Shown piece after piece: positions 1 through 10,111 of a DNA stretch of 64,000 nucleotides. The stretch comes from a virus. The position numbers and the translations under genes are program-made. Within the stretch, counting starts at the first letter, position 1. The number at the start of each line of letters is the position of its first letter. The stretch spans positions 10,736-74,735 of IMG/VR virus record IMGVR_UViG_3300042287_000745; one strand, 5' to 3'. The notes beneath the pieces were generated by a model. That model was given only the letters and a program-made list of their open reading frames with translations, was not told where the DNA came from and searched no databases.

Positions 1-141
1 AGATTGGCGACATTAATGATGGATAGTACAAAATTTTATATTAAAGAAAATTATTTTGTTAGATTAGAGCCTTTATCGTATGTAACTAAAAGATATACAA
101 TATTAGCGTTTAACAATATTGCTAACGTACCAACAATATAA
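1..141 (+). CDS. 3' end of a CDS truncated by the window edge (probably tail/virion-associated)
   Basis: Frame 1 is open from base 1 (RLATLMMD...NVPTI) to TAA at 139-141; the next gene starts 1 nt later. Confidence 0.6.
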   Translation, partial: RLATLMMDSTKFYIKENYFVRLEPLSYVTKRYTILAFNNIANVPTI

Positions 142-142
142 T

Positions 143-1288
143 ATGTCTAACGTATACCTGTTAAACGCATCACAAAATTTAGTAACACTTGGAAATGTAT
201 TTAGTACAGAAAGAAGTTATCTATATAAAAATATAGATCAATTTAATAATTCTGCAAGTTACTCTTTTACAAAAACATTACTATCTGCCGATTTGCGAGT
301 TTATAGAGAAACTGCAACAGGTATTTCATTGACAACATATTCAGATATACAAACTCGAGAAAATTTAGGACAAGATATTCCAACAAAGGGTCCGTTTATA
401 GAAAATTATTCCGTAAATGGTGTTTTAGATGTTAACTCATTTGTTAATCTTTTACTTATAGATAAGCCCCCTGTTAGAACTGGATTTTTTGATTTCTTCA
501 TTGGCGGTTACACTTTTTCGGGATTTATCACAAAATTAGATCAGTATATACATTACAATTGGCAGGAAGTTGCAGGAAAATATGATTATGTGGAGCAACC
601 TACGACTTTAGGATATGGTATAGAAATAAGTAAAAATTCACTATATAGATCAGAATTACAATCCGACGGAACTTATATAATATTCCCAACAGATTTAAAT
701 ATATTCCTACAGAATTTAAATGGGAATGAGGAAATAATATCTACGTCATCTATTGCAAACCCCAATAGTTATTTAAATGTTATACCTGGATTGCCCGGAG
801 ACACTGCAGGGTCATTACCAATTAATCTTTTTTATATCTCAACTGCAGATGCATTAAGGTATATAGCAAGCTATTCGGATTTAATATTATCATTAGGAGC
901 AGATCCTGTTGCAGGGCAAATACATTACGCAAATGAACGTGAAGACCGCACAATAACATTTGATCCAATTGCATATCTTAACAAATATTCGGATATACGA
1001 AGTCAATATGGGTATGATACTTATAATGCAACTATACATTATATAACTATAGGATATTCCCAAGGTAGAACAATAACAGAAGCTAGTGCGGAAAATTCAT
1101 TAGAAGGCGGGTTGTATGATGAACGGTCAGGGGCAATTACATTAACAAATACGAATATAATTTGGCCACTAGGAGAAACTTTGGTTGGTCAAGGGGCTGC
1201 ATTAACATACAAATATAATATTAAAAATTATTTTTTTAATTCTGCACTTAATATTAATTCGAATCTACTTTACCTTGGAGTGCAGTAA
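143..1288 (+). CDS. Hypothetical virion/tail-associated protein with two 'D..Y...Y.D.....G.D......HY' repeats
   Basis: ORF 119..1288; ATG at 143 follows the upstream stop directly; located just upstream of the neck genes. Confidence 0.6.
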   Translation: MSNVYLLNASQNLVTLGNVFSTERSYLYKNIDQFNNSASYSFTKTLLSADLRVYRETATGISLTTYSDIQTRENLGQDIPTKGPFIENYSVNGVLDVNSFVNLLLIDKPPVRTGFFDFFIGGYTFSGFITKLDQYIHYNWQEVAGKYDYVEQPTTLGYGIEISKNSLYRSELQSDGTYIIFPTDLNIFLQNLNGNEEIISTSSIANPNSYLNVIPGLPGDTAGSLPINLFYISTADALRYIASYSDLILSLGADPVAGQIHYANEREDRTITFDPIAYLNKYSDIRSQYGYDTYNATIHYITIGYSQGRTITEASAENSLEGGLYDERSGAITLTNTNIIWPLGETLVGQGAALTYKYNIKNYFFNSALNINSNLLYLGVQ

Positions 1289-1770
1289 TGGGTATTACTT
1301 TAGAAAAAGATAATTTTAGTATAACTAATAGTGCCGGCGATCTTAAGTTTTCTTTAGATAGAAGAATGCCGCATATAATATACAACATCCCAGGCGTATT
1401 ATCTATACCTACGGTATTGGGCGCTGATCCTAATGCAACATATGTCAATAGAACTGATGAATTTGTATTGATAAATAATTCTACAATCACCGATCAAAAT
1501 TATTTCTTAATGCCATTTTATACTATTAACGGCGGAATCTCCGATTCAGGATCATATGTAGTTAGCGGAACAGGTTCAACAATTGTGCGTGTAATACGAC
1601 AACCTAGTACAGGATTATTATTAGGATCTAGTATAATAACAACAGTTGTTGAATCGGGCGTGTTAAAAATTGTATGCAAAAATAATTTCGATAGACAAGG
1701 TTATAACACCGTAGAAGGTGATGCAATTGTAAATCTTGCGTATAGAGTCTATTATGGTAGATTTAGATAA
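1288..1770 (+). CDS. Hypothetical virion/tail-associated protein
   Basis: 160-aa ORF, beta-rich composition, TAATG coupling to the upstream gene. Confidence 0.6.
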   Translation: MGITLEKDNFSITNSAGDLKFSLDRRMPHIIYNIPGVLSIPTVLGADPNATYVNRTDEFVLINNSTITDQNYFLMPFYTINGGISDSGSYVVSGTGSTIVRVIRQPSTGLLLGSSIITTVVESGVLKIVCKNNFDRQGYNTVEGDAIVNLAYRVYYGRFR

Positions 1771-1781
1771 GGAGCAATACT

Positions 1782-2000
1782 ATGAGTTTAAATATAACTA
1801 ATGTTGCAGTAAATTATTTCGAAGATGTGACTAAAGTTACGGTAGAAGTTTACGAAATGCGAGGTTCTATAGAACGCCTTACTGATAAATTGTTAATAAC
1901 ATTACAAGGCAAATATCAGCAAATTGATGACGTTCTATTAGATATTATTGGAAAAGAAATGATAAAAAACGGTTTCGAATACGCACCAACTGTAAACTAA
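1782..2000 (+). CDS. Hypothetical protein
   Basis: 72-aa ORF with AAGGAG RBS. Confidence 0.65.
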   Translation: MSLNITNVAVNYFEDVTKVTVEVYEMRGSIERLTDKLLITLQGKYQQIDDVLLDIIGKEMIKNGFEYAPTVN

Positions 2001-2001
2001 A

Positions 2002-2334
2002 ATGGCAACAACAAAAAATTTAATTATTGATCAGGGCGCTACATTTACTGAATATATAGAATATTTAGATAATAGTAAAAATCCTATCTCGTTATCCGGA
2101 TATACTATTTCTAGCGAAATGCGAAGATCGTATCCTGCTGCAAATTCTATAGTTTTTACCTCAGCTATTATTGATGCTGCAAACGGCAATGTTCAAGTAT
2201 CTTTAGTTGCATCTGCTACTGCAAATTTAAAATCAGGCAGATATTTGTATGATGTACTTGCTACTTCAGGTAATATTGTATTAAGAATAATAGAAGGAAT
2301 TGTCACGGTTAATCCGGGAGTAACACATGGCTAA
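2002..2334 (+). CDS. Virion structural protein (BppU-N-like, 'NLIIDQGATF...GRYLYDV' family)
   Basis: Motifs typical of the small structural protein preceding gp13 in T4-like phages. Confidence 0.65.
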   Translation: MATTKNLIIDQGATFTEYIEYLDNSKNPISLSGYTISSEMRRSYPAANSIVFTSAIIDAANGNVQVSLVASATANLKSGRYLYDVLATSGNIVLRIIEGIVTVNPGVTHG

Positions 2335-3070
2335 AGTAACATCCAGAGAAGGTCTACGAGACTATTGCCTACGTAGGTTAGGATCACCTGTTCTTGAAAT
2401 AAACGTAGATGACGATCAAGTGGAAGATAGAATTGACGATGCCTTCCAATTTTATCGTGAATATCATTATGATGCTATAGAACGGGTATATTTAAAACAT
2501 CAAATTACGCAAGAAGATAAAACTAATCAATATATTACTGTACCCGATACGGTTGTGGGCGTGCAGGAAATTTTTCCATTTACAAATAAATCAGATGGAT
2601 TGAATCTTTTTAGCTTAAAATATCAAATTATGATTAACGATTTGTATAGTTTAATGTCTACGGATTTGATTTACTATTACACTGTGAAAAGAGAAATTGA
2701 ATTAATTAACCAATTACTTGTAGGGCAAAAGCCAATCAGATTTAATCGTCATATGAATAGACTTTTTATTGATATGGATTGGAGTGCTGATGTCGCCGTA
2801 GGCGAATATCTGTTAGTTGATTGTTACCGAATATTAGATCCGGAAACATATCGGGATGTGTATGATGATAGATTCCTTAAAATGTATACTACTGCTTTGA
2901 TTAAACGGCAATGGGGAGATAATCTTAAGAAGTTTTCCGGTATGCAATTACCTGGCGGAGTAACGCTTAACGGTGAAACGATTTATAATGAAGCTATGGT
3001 AGAGATCAAACAAATTGAAGATGATATACAATCCAGTTTTCAGCTACCTGTAGACTTTTTTACAGGCTAA
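2327..3070 (+). CDS. gp13: Neck protein gp13
   Basis: YCLRRLGSPVLEINVDDDQVEDRIDDA and KRQWGDNLKKFSGMQLPGGVTLNG motifs; synteny. Confidence 0.93.
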   Translation: MAKVTSREGLRDYCLRRLGSPVLEINVDDDQVEDRIDDAFQFYREYHYDAIERVYLKHQITQEDKTNQYITVPDTVVGVQEIFPFTNKSDGLNLFSLKYQIMINDLYSLMSTDLIYYYTVKREIELINQLLVGQKPIRFNRHMNRLFIDMDWSADVAVGEYLLVDCYRILDPETYRDVYDDRFLKMYTTALIKRQWGDNLKKFSGMQLPGGVTLNGETIYNEAMVEIKQIEDDIQSSFQLPVDFFTG

Positions 3071-3119
3071 TTAATAATGGAATATAATAATGTAGTGTTT
3101 ATTAATAGGGTACATAGAG

Positions 3120-3148
3120 ATGATAACACCTTGTCAATAGAAAGTCAA
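3120..3148 (-). promoter_or_regulatory. Antisense sigma70-type promoter (TTGACT-N17-TATCAT)
   Basis: Minus strand reads TTGACT ttctattgacaaggtgt TATCAT; the AGGTGTTA extended -10 matches the early promoters at 34075 and 36336. Confidence 0.55.
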
Positions 3149-3156
3149 TACTAAAA

Positions 3157-3897
3157 ATGGCAACAGTTAACCATTATTTTCAATCTGGTAAGAACATAGG
3201 TCGTGCCTCTGAGCAGAATATCTATGAAGATTTAATTATTGAATCGATGAAAATTTATGGATTCGAAGTCTATTATATACCACGTACTCCTAGTAACTAT
3301 GATAATGTTCTAACTGAAGACCCAACTAATACTTTTGATCACGCTTACCCAATTGAGATGTATTTACAATCTAATAATGGGTTCGAAGGTGATAGCGAAT
3401 TATTAACGAAATTTGGTGTTGAGATTAGAGATTCGGCTACATTTGTTGTCGCAAGAAAACGTTGGTCAGATGTAATTGGTAGCACAGGTAATTCTATATT
3501 AACTAGACCGGCAGAAGGTGACGTAATTTATTTTCCGTTGACAAAAGGTTTTTTTGAGATACGAAAAGTCGAACATGCCGTACCATTTTATCAGGTAGGC
3601 AAATTATATGTTTACACCCTATATGGGGAATTGATGCAATATTCTAATGAAAGATTTAACACCGGTGTTGCTGAAATAGATCAATTGGCATCTGGTTATG
3701 ATTTGGGTATAGATAACTTTGAAATAATTTCCGAAAGCGGAGATAGTATATTATTAGAAACTTCTGAATTAACTCCAATGGTATTAGAGGATTATACTTC
3801 GAATAAGCCAACGGTTGGTGCAGATAATGAAAAAATACGAGCAGAAAAAAATGCAGTTTTGGATTTTTCTGAACGAAATCCGTTTGGAGATCCTTAA
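3157..3897 (+). CDS. gp14: Neck protein gp14
   Basis: EDLIIESMKIYG, RPAEGDVIYFP and DFSERNPFG motifs. Confidence 0.93.
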   Translation: MATVNHYFQSGKNIGRASEQNIYEDLIIESMKIYGFEVYYIPRTPSNYDNVLTEDPTNTFDHAYPIEMYLQSNNGFEGDSELLTKFGVEIRDSATFVVARKRWSDVIGSTGNSILTRPAEGDVIYFPLTKGFFEIRKVEHAVPFYQVGKLYVYTLYGELMQYSNERFNTGVAEIDQLASGYDLGIDNFEIISESGDSILLETSELTPMVLEDYTSNKPTVGADNEKIRAEKNAVLDFSERNPFGDP

Positions 3898-4647
3898 ATG
3901 TTAGATCAAAGATTTTATTGGGGAACAGTTAGAAAAGCTATTGTTGCTTTTGGTAATATGTTCAATAGTATAACCATTGAACGAAAAGATGGTAACGGTA
4001 ATACTATAAATGTACAACGGGTACCGTTATCGTATTCTCCTAAACAGAAATTTTTAGCTAGAATAAATCAACAACCAACTATTGAAACAAATCAATTTCA
4101 GGTTATTTTGCCTAGAATGGGGTTTGAGTTAGTATCTTTAGATTATGATCCTAACCGAAAAGTTAGCCCGATACAACAGACAAGAGCATTAGATTCAAGT
4201 ACTACAGCAAGTACACAATATGCTCCTACTCCGTATAATCTATCTATGCTGCTTTATATCTATGCAAGGAATCAAGATGATGGTTTGCAAATAATTGAAC
4301 AAATATTGCCTTACTTTAATCCGGACTACAATTTAACTTTAAAGGCAATCCCAGAATTAAATATACAAAATGACCTTCCTATCTTATTAAATACAATTGG
4401 ATTTGAAGATGATTACGAAGGTGATTTTGTAACCAGACGATCTGTGATGTGGACACTTGGGTTCACGGTTAAACTTAATTTTTATGGTCCTATTAATAAA
4501 CAAGGGGTAATTAAAAAGGTTATTGCCAATACCTTTAATTCTCCAGATTTGACGAACCAACAACAAAAGATTACAGTAGAACCAGATTCCCCCACTGCAA
4601 ATGTAAATGACACTTATGGTTATGTAGAAAGTTTTGAAGATTTTTAA
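3898..4647 (+). CDS. gp15: Tail sheath stabiliser/terminator gp15
   Basis: VPLSYSPKQKF, LPRMGFE and QIIEQILPYFNP motifs. Confidence 0.93.
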   Translation: MLDQRFYWGTVRKAIVAFGNMFNSITIERKDGNGNTINVQRVPLSYSPKQKFLARINQQPTIETNQFQVILPRMGFELVSLDYDPNRKVSPIQQTRALDSSTTASTQYAPTPYNLSMLLYIYARNQDDGLQIIEQILPYFNPDYNLTLKAIPELNIQNDLPILLNTIGFEDDYEGDFVTRRSVMWTLGFTVKLNFYGPINKQGVIKKVIANTFNSPDLTNQQQKITVEPDSPTANVNDTYGYVESFEDF

Positions 4648-5088
4648 ATGAAAAATTTAGAGAATTTGCACGATTTGTTTGATATAGATCCAGTTATGGA
4701 ACAGACCAATGCTCTTACTACGGCACCTGTTGCGTCAAATTTAAATTCTAATAAGGAAACAGATCAAGAAGAAGATTATCAATTAGCAAGAAATACTCTT
4801 CGTACTCTTATTATACAGGGCGGAGACACTTTAGAAAATCTTATAGAACTTTCTAAAAATTCTGAAACTCCTAGACATTATGAAGTTGCCGGGCAATTTA
4901 TTAAAACATTATCCGATGTATCTAAGGATTTGCTTGCATTGCAAAAACAAGTTAAAGAATTAGACAAAGATAAACCAGCAGGACATGGGCACATCGGTAC
5001 TCAGAATAATGTAGTATTTGCAGGTTCAACTGCTGAACTTATGAAATTATTGGGCAATAAAAATGATAGTATCAGCATCGACCAGTAA
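4648..5088 (+). CDS. gp16: Terminase small subunit gp16
   Basis: DYQLARN, PRHYEV and FAGSTAELMK motifs; directly upstream of gp17. Confidence 0.9.
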   Translation: MKNLENLHDLFDIDPVMEQTNALTTAPVASNLNSNKETDQEEDYQLARNTLRTLIIQGGDTLENLIELSKNSETPRHYEVAGQFIKTLSDVSKDLLALQKQVKELDKDKPAGHGHIGTQNNVVFAGSTAELMKLLGNKNDSISIDQ

Positions 5089-6748
5089 GAAAATTTCTTA
5101 TAATGGTAATCCAAATTTAAAACAAGTTGGTACCACCATATCATACACTTCCGAACAAGTATCGGAATTAATGAAGTGCATTCAAAATCCTATATATTTT
5201 ATTGAAACATATTGCAAAATTGTTTCTTTAGATAAAGGATTAATTCCCTTTACTTTGTATGAATGCCAAAAAAGAAAAGTTGATCTTATTCTTAATAATC
5301 GCAAAGTTATATTAATGGAAGGTAGACAACAGGGTAAAACAATTACTTCTGCTGCATGTATTCTATGGTATACTTTATTTCAGTCTAATAAAACGGTTGC
5401 TATTCTAGCAAATAAATCTAGCGCAGCAAGAGAAGTATTATATCGGTATGAATTGATGTATGAATGTTTACCTATCTGGATGCAACAAGGTGTTAAGACA
5501 TTCAACAAAGGCGATATTGAATTAGAAAATGGATCTAGAATTTTTACCGCTGCTACAAGTTCTTCGGGTATTCGAGGAAAATCTGTTAATTGGTTATATA
5601 TTGATGAAGCGGCAATTATTCCCAATAATGTAGCTGAGGATTTTTTCACTTCTGTATATCCAGTTGTATCTGCAGGTGAAACAACAAAAATTCTTCTAAC
5701 TTCCACTCCATTAGGTTATAACCATTTTTGGAAATTTTGGAATGAAGCAGAACAAGGCCTCAATGGATTTGTTCCAATGTTTATTCACTATAGCGAAATT
5801 CCTGGTAGAGATAAAAAATGGGCAGATGAACAAAGGGCTATTCTAGGTGAGCTTAAGTTTAACCAAGAAGTATTATGTAATTTCTTAGGTTCATCGAACA
5901 CATTAGTTAATCCGGATACAATAGGCAGGATGTCATCTAAGCCGTACGTATATAGTAAAGATGGTTTAGATATAATTGTAGAGCCGGAAGAAGATCACGT
6001 CTATATGCTTGTGGCGGATACTTCTAGAGGCGTCGGAGGAGACCATTGCGCCTTTACGGTTATGGATATAACAGCATACCCCTATACAGTGGTGGCAAAA
6101 TATAGAAGCAATAAGATTAGTCCGCTATTATATCCTAACATTATACATAAGGTTGCTAAAGATTACCATAAGGCATATTGTTTAATTGAGATAAACGATA
6201 ACGGGCAACAAGTCGCCGACTCACTGTATACTGATCTTGAATATGAAAACGTATTCTTTGTAGGAAGTAATTCTAAATCTGGACAATATTTATCCGGTGG
6301 ATTTAGTTCTGGAGCTACACTTGGAGTACGAACTACAAAATTAGTAAAAAGACTAGGCTGCACCGCTTTCAAAAGTATGGTTGAAAGTAACAAACTTTTG
6401 ATACATGATACAGATATTATTGGAGAAATTTCAACCTTTATTGAAATACGTGGATTTTACAAAGCGGATGAAGGTTATCATGATGATCTTGTAATGACGT
6501 TGGTACTTTTTGCTTGGGCGTCAAATGAATCTTTCTTTAAAGATTTAACAGATACAAATCTGCGAAAAGTATTGTACGAAGAGCAATTCAAACAAATTGA
6601 AGAAAACCTTACTCCGTTTGGATTTATAGATGAGGGCCCTACTGAACGATCGGTGCCGGAAGAAGATGTGAATGGAGATCTTTGGTTTTCGAATAGTAAT
6701 GGTAAAGATATGAATAAAGTTGTGCTAAATTGGTTGGAAAAAGTCTAA
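5063..6748 (+). CDS. gp17: Terminase large subunit gp17
   Basis: RQQGKT Walker A, YIDEAA Walker B, STPLG and HDDLVM nuclease motif. Confidence 0.96.
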   Translation: MIVSASTSKKISYNGNPNLKQVGTTISYTSEQVSELMKCIQNPIYFIETYCKIVSLDKGLIPFTLYECQKRKVDLILNNRKVILMEGRQQGKTITSAACILWYTLFQSNKTVAILANKSSAAREVLYRYELMYECLPIWMQQGVKTFNKGDIELENGSRIFTAATSSSGIRGKSVNWLYIDEAAIIPNNVAEDFFTSVYPVVSAGETTKILLTSTPLGYNHFWKFWNEAEQGLNGFVPMFIHYSEIPGRDKKWADEQRAILGELKFNQEVLCNFLGSSNTLVNPDTIGRMSSKPYVYSKDGLDIIVEPEEDHVYMLVADTSRGVGGDHCAFTVMDITAYPYTVVAKYRSNKISPLLYPNIIHKVAKDYHKAYCLIEINDNGQQVADSLYTDLEYENVFFVGSNSKSGQYLSGGFSSGATLGVRTTKLVKRLGCTAFKSMVESNKLLIHDTDIIGEISTFIEIRGFYKADEGYHDDLVMTLVLFAWASNESFFKDLTDTNLRKVLYEEQFKQIEENLTPFGFIDEGPTERSVPEEDVNGDLWFSNSNGKDMNKVVLNWLEKV

Positions 6749-6759
6749 TTGTTGGTAAT

Positions 6760-6767
6760 TATAAATA
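6760..6767 (+). promoter_or_regulatory. T4-type late promoter (gp55-dependent)
   Basis: TATAAATA upstream of gp18. Confidence 0.85.
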
Positions 6768-6819
6768 AATAGAAATCAAATTATAGAGAGATATCTATAA
6801 AATTATCAAGGAGAAGAAG

Positions 6820-9486
6820 ATGGCATTTCAGCTTTCACCTGGCGTTGTAGTTACCGAAGAAGATAGAACAACTGTTGTTCCCTCGGTTGCAACTACTGCG
6901 GGAGCATTTTCGGGCGCATTTCAATGGGGACCTGTTGAGCAAGTAGTAACTGTAGATTCTGAAGGAAAACTTGTAGAACAATTTGGTGTCCCAAATGATA
7001 CAACTGCAGGATACTTCTTTACCGCAGCAAATTTCTTATCGTATGGAAACAATTTACAAATAACTAGAGTTGTTGATAAATCTTTAGCGCAAAATGCGGT
7101 ATCGGTGCCAAATGGTACTGTTTCTGCTATCAATATTACATCAAGTGATCGTGGATTTTCTGATGTTAATAGCATCACGCTAACAATTAGTGCACCTACA
7201 TCGCCATTTGGTGGTACGACAGCAACAGCAACGCCAATATTGTATTCGACGGGCAATGTTTTTGGGACGGGCATTTCTACTGCAGGCTTTGGTTATTCTG
7301 TTGCACCTACATTAGTTGTCAACGGAGACGGAGCTGGCGCTATATTAACTGCTTTATTAGGGGCAGGTCAAATCGGAGCAATTAATTTAATTAACTCTGG
7401 TAATAATTATACGACTTTATCCAATGTCGTAATACAGAATCAAGGTTCTACTAGTGCATCTGCTAATTTAGATGTACACTTTAAATTAAAAGATATTCAA
7501 ATATCTACAGCCGGTACAAATTACGGGGATGCGAATATTGTTGTATCTGGTGGTACACTTGTACCTGGTGGACAACATGCAACAATTGTTCCTGTAATAA
7601 CAGGAAACGTAGTGTCGGGTTATACAATTACTAGCAGCGGCAATGGTTATTTAACTGCGCCAACTATAACAGTAAATAGATTAGACGGCAACACCGGTGT
7701 TGATGCAGTATTAACTGCTAATTTAGGTTATGGGTATATTAATAAAATCACATTATTAAATCCTGGCGCTGGCGGGTATGCATTTGCTCCTAATGTTACA
7801 CTTAATAGAAATAATACTTTAGGTGGAACTGACGCAACGGCAAATACGCGGTTAGAGGCAGAAATTATTGATGTGGCAATTACAAATGCCGGATATGGAT
7901 ATACTGTTGCAAATGTATTGGTTGTTCCTGCTACGCAAGATTTGCCATATTTAACAAGTAATGCAGTTATATTAGCTCAAATAGGGTTTCAAGTTGTTGG
8001 TGCAAATATTACAAATTCGGGTAGCGGTTATGTTGCTACACCAACAGTAACAATCACTGAAAATACAGAAGTTGCAAATGCTACGGTGACGGTAGATTAT
8101 GTTTCTCCTTTAATTGAAAACAAAGATACATATATTTCTGCTTATAGCGCAGGTGGTTTAAATTACGGTATGTTTGCTGCTAGATATCCTGGTGCAATGG
8201 GGAACAGTATAAAAGTTTCTTTAGCTGACTCTAGTACATACTCAGGATGGGCATATGCATCAGCGTTTGATTCTGCGCCAGGCACATCTGCGTTGGTTGC
8301 TGCAAAAGGTGGATCTAATGATGAAATACATGTAATTGTTATTGATGTCAGAGGAACATTTACCGGTACTCCTAATTCAGTATTAGAAAAATATTCGTTC
8401 TTATCTAAAGCATCAGATGCAAAGACATCGGATCAAGCATCAAATTACTATAAAGATGTAATTAATGATAGATCAACATATGTTTGGGTATTAGATCATC
8501 CTAGTACAACTTTAGGTGGAACCAATTGGGGCCAAGTTGCTCAAGATACGACCTTCGGATCATTAACAGCAAATGTCACAAATACATTAACACAGGGTGT
8601 ATCTGGAGATACTGTTAGCATTGCAAATATTTTAACGGGTTATGCAATTTTCTCGAACGATGAGGCGTACGACGTTGGATTGATTCCGATGGGACCAACA
8701 ACATCTTATACCGCAGTAAATTCGGTTATCGCAATTGCAGAAAGCAGAAGAGATTGCGTAGTATTTGCATCTCCTCCATATTCAGATGTGGTAAATACAA
8801 CAGGACAGGCATCAAGAATAACTACATATAGAGACAATTTAACATCCTCATCTTTTGCGGTGTTAGATTCGGGATGGAAATATCAATATGATCGTTACAA
8901 TGATAAATATAGATATGTTCCGTTGAATGGCGATATTGCAGGATTATCTGCTAGAACAGATTATATTGCTGATCCTTGGTTCTCTCCTGCAGGATATAAC
9001 AGAGGTGTAATTAAGAATGTTGTTAAATTAGCCTGGTCTCCATCTAAAGCAGATAGAGATACATTATATAAAAAGGGCGTAAATCCTGTAGTAACATTCC
9101 CAGGACAAGGTACATTGTTATTCGGTGATAAAACATTGTTAGCAAGACCAAGTGCGTTTGATCGTATTAATGTACGTAGATTGTTTATTGTTCTTGAAAA
9201 AGCAATTGCAACGGCATCAAAATTTCAGTTGTTTGAATTTAATGACGCATTTACGCGAGCACAATTTAGAAATCTTGTAGAGCCATTCTTAAGAGATGTC
9301 CAAGGACGTAGAGGCGTTACAGACTTCAGAGTTGTTTGTGATGAAACAAACAATACTGGAGAAGTTATAGATCGCAATGAATTTGTTGCTGATATATACA
9401 TTAAACCTGCTCGAGCAATCAATTTTATTCAATTGAATTTTATTGCAACAAGAACAGGCGTATCCTTCGAAGAAGTCGGCGCATAA
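6820..9486 (+). CDS. gp18: Tail sheath protein gp18 with a large internal repeat insertion
   Basis: LSPGVVV, FQWGP, WFSPAGYNRG, RINVRRLF and FEFNDAFTR motifs; 888 aa. Confidence 0.95.
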   Translation: MAFQLSPGVVVTEEDRTTVVPSVATTAGAFSGAFQWGPVEQVVTVDSEGKLVEQFGVPNDTTAGYFFTAANFLSYGNNLQITRVVDKSLAQNAVSVPNGTVSAINITSSDRGFSDVNSITLTISAPTSPFGGTTATATPILYSTGNVFGTGISTAGFGYSVAPTLVVNGDGAGAILTALLGAGQIGAINLINSGNNYTTLSNVVIQNQGSTSASANLDVHFKLKDIQISTAGTNYGDANIVVSGGTLVPGGQHATIVPVITGNVVSGYTITSSGNGYLTAPTITVNRLDGNTGVDAVLTANLGYGYINKITLLNPGAGGYAFAPNVTLNRNNTLGGTDATANTRLEAEIIDVAITNAGYGYTVANVLVVPATQDLPYLTSNAVILAQIGFQVVGANITNSGSGYVATPTVTITENTEVANATVTVDYVSPLIENKDTYISAYSAGGLNYGMFAARYPGAMGNSIKVSLADSSTYSGWAYASAFDSAPGTSALVAAKGGSNDEIHVIVIDVRGTFTGTPNSVLEKYSFLSKASDAKTSDQASNYYKDVINDRSTYVWVLDHPSTTLGGTNWGQVAQDTTFGSLTANVTNTLTQGVSGDTVSIANILTGYAIFSNDEAYDVGLIPMGPTTSYTAVNSVIAIAESRRDCVVFASPPYSDVVNTTGQASRITTYRDNLTSSSFAVLDSGWKYQYDRYNDKYRYVPLNGDIAGLSARTDYIADPWFSPAGYNRGVIKNVVKLAWSPSKADRDTLYKKGVNPVVTFPGQGTLLFGDKTLLARPSAFDRINVRRLFIVLEKAIATASKFQLFEFNDAFTRAQFRNLVEPFLRDVQGRRGVTDFRVVCDETNNTGEVIDRNEFVADIYIKPARAINFIQLNFIATRTGVSFEEVGA

Positions 9487-9501
9487 TAGGAGTAAGAAGA
9501 A

Positions 9502-10089
9502 ATGGCAATACCATTTAATGTAGATAGATTTAAAGCTGAACTAACGAACGGGGGCGCACGACCGAACCAGTTTGCAGTTCAATTAACATTTCCTAACTAT
9601 GTTGCAAGTCGTGCGCTCGCAGTAACTAAAGCTCCATTTTTAATTACTGCGGCAGAATTGCCTGGTCAAACATTAGGTGTCACTCCGGTTTATTATCGGG
9701 GCAGACTAATAACAATGGCCGGTGATAGAACATTTGCACCGTTCAGTTGTACTATACTTAATGATTCGGGGTTTACACTTCGGACTGCTATAGAACAATG
9801 GATGAATGGCATGGAAAATTTAAGAACAAAAACCGGAGCGTTAACTCCTGCGCAATATCAAACAGATATGTTTATATCGCAGTTAGATCGTAACGGTGCT
9901 ATTCTTAAACAATATAAAATGTTGGGTGTATTCCCAACCGATATTAGTGCAGTTGGTTTGGACTTTGGTACAAATGACCAAATATCCTCATTCCAAGTTG
10001 CATTCCAATATCAGACATTTGAAGTTAGCAGTACGCCAGCTTCACAGTTGGTAGATTCGTTGAATATATTTGGTTCAGTCGCAGGTTAA
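9502..10089 (+). CDS. gp19: Tail tube protein gp19
   Basis: GGARPNQF and AGDRTF motifs; follows gp18. Confidence 0.93.
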   Translation: MAIPFNVDRFKAELTNGGARPNQFAVQLTFPNYVASRALAVTKAPFLITAAELPGQTLGVTPVYYRGRLITMAGDRTFAPFSCTILNDSGFTLRTAIEQWMNGMENLRTKTGALTPAQYQTDMFISQLDRNGAILKQYKMLGVFPTDISAVGLDFGTNDQISSFQVAFQYQTFEVSSTPASQLVDSLNIFGSVAG

Positions 10090-10111
10090 TATTATATAAA
10101 GTGATTTAATT

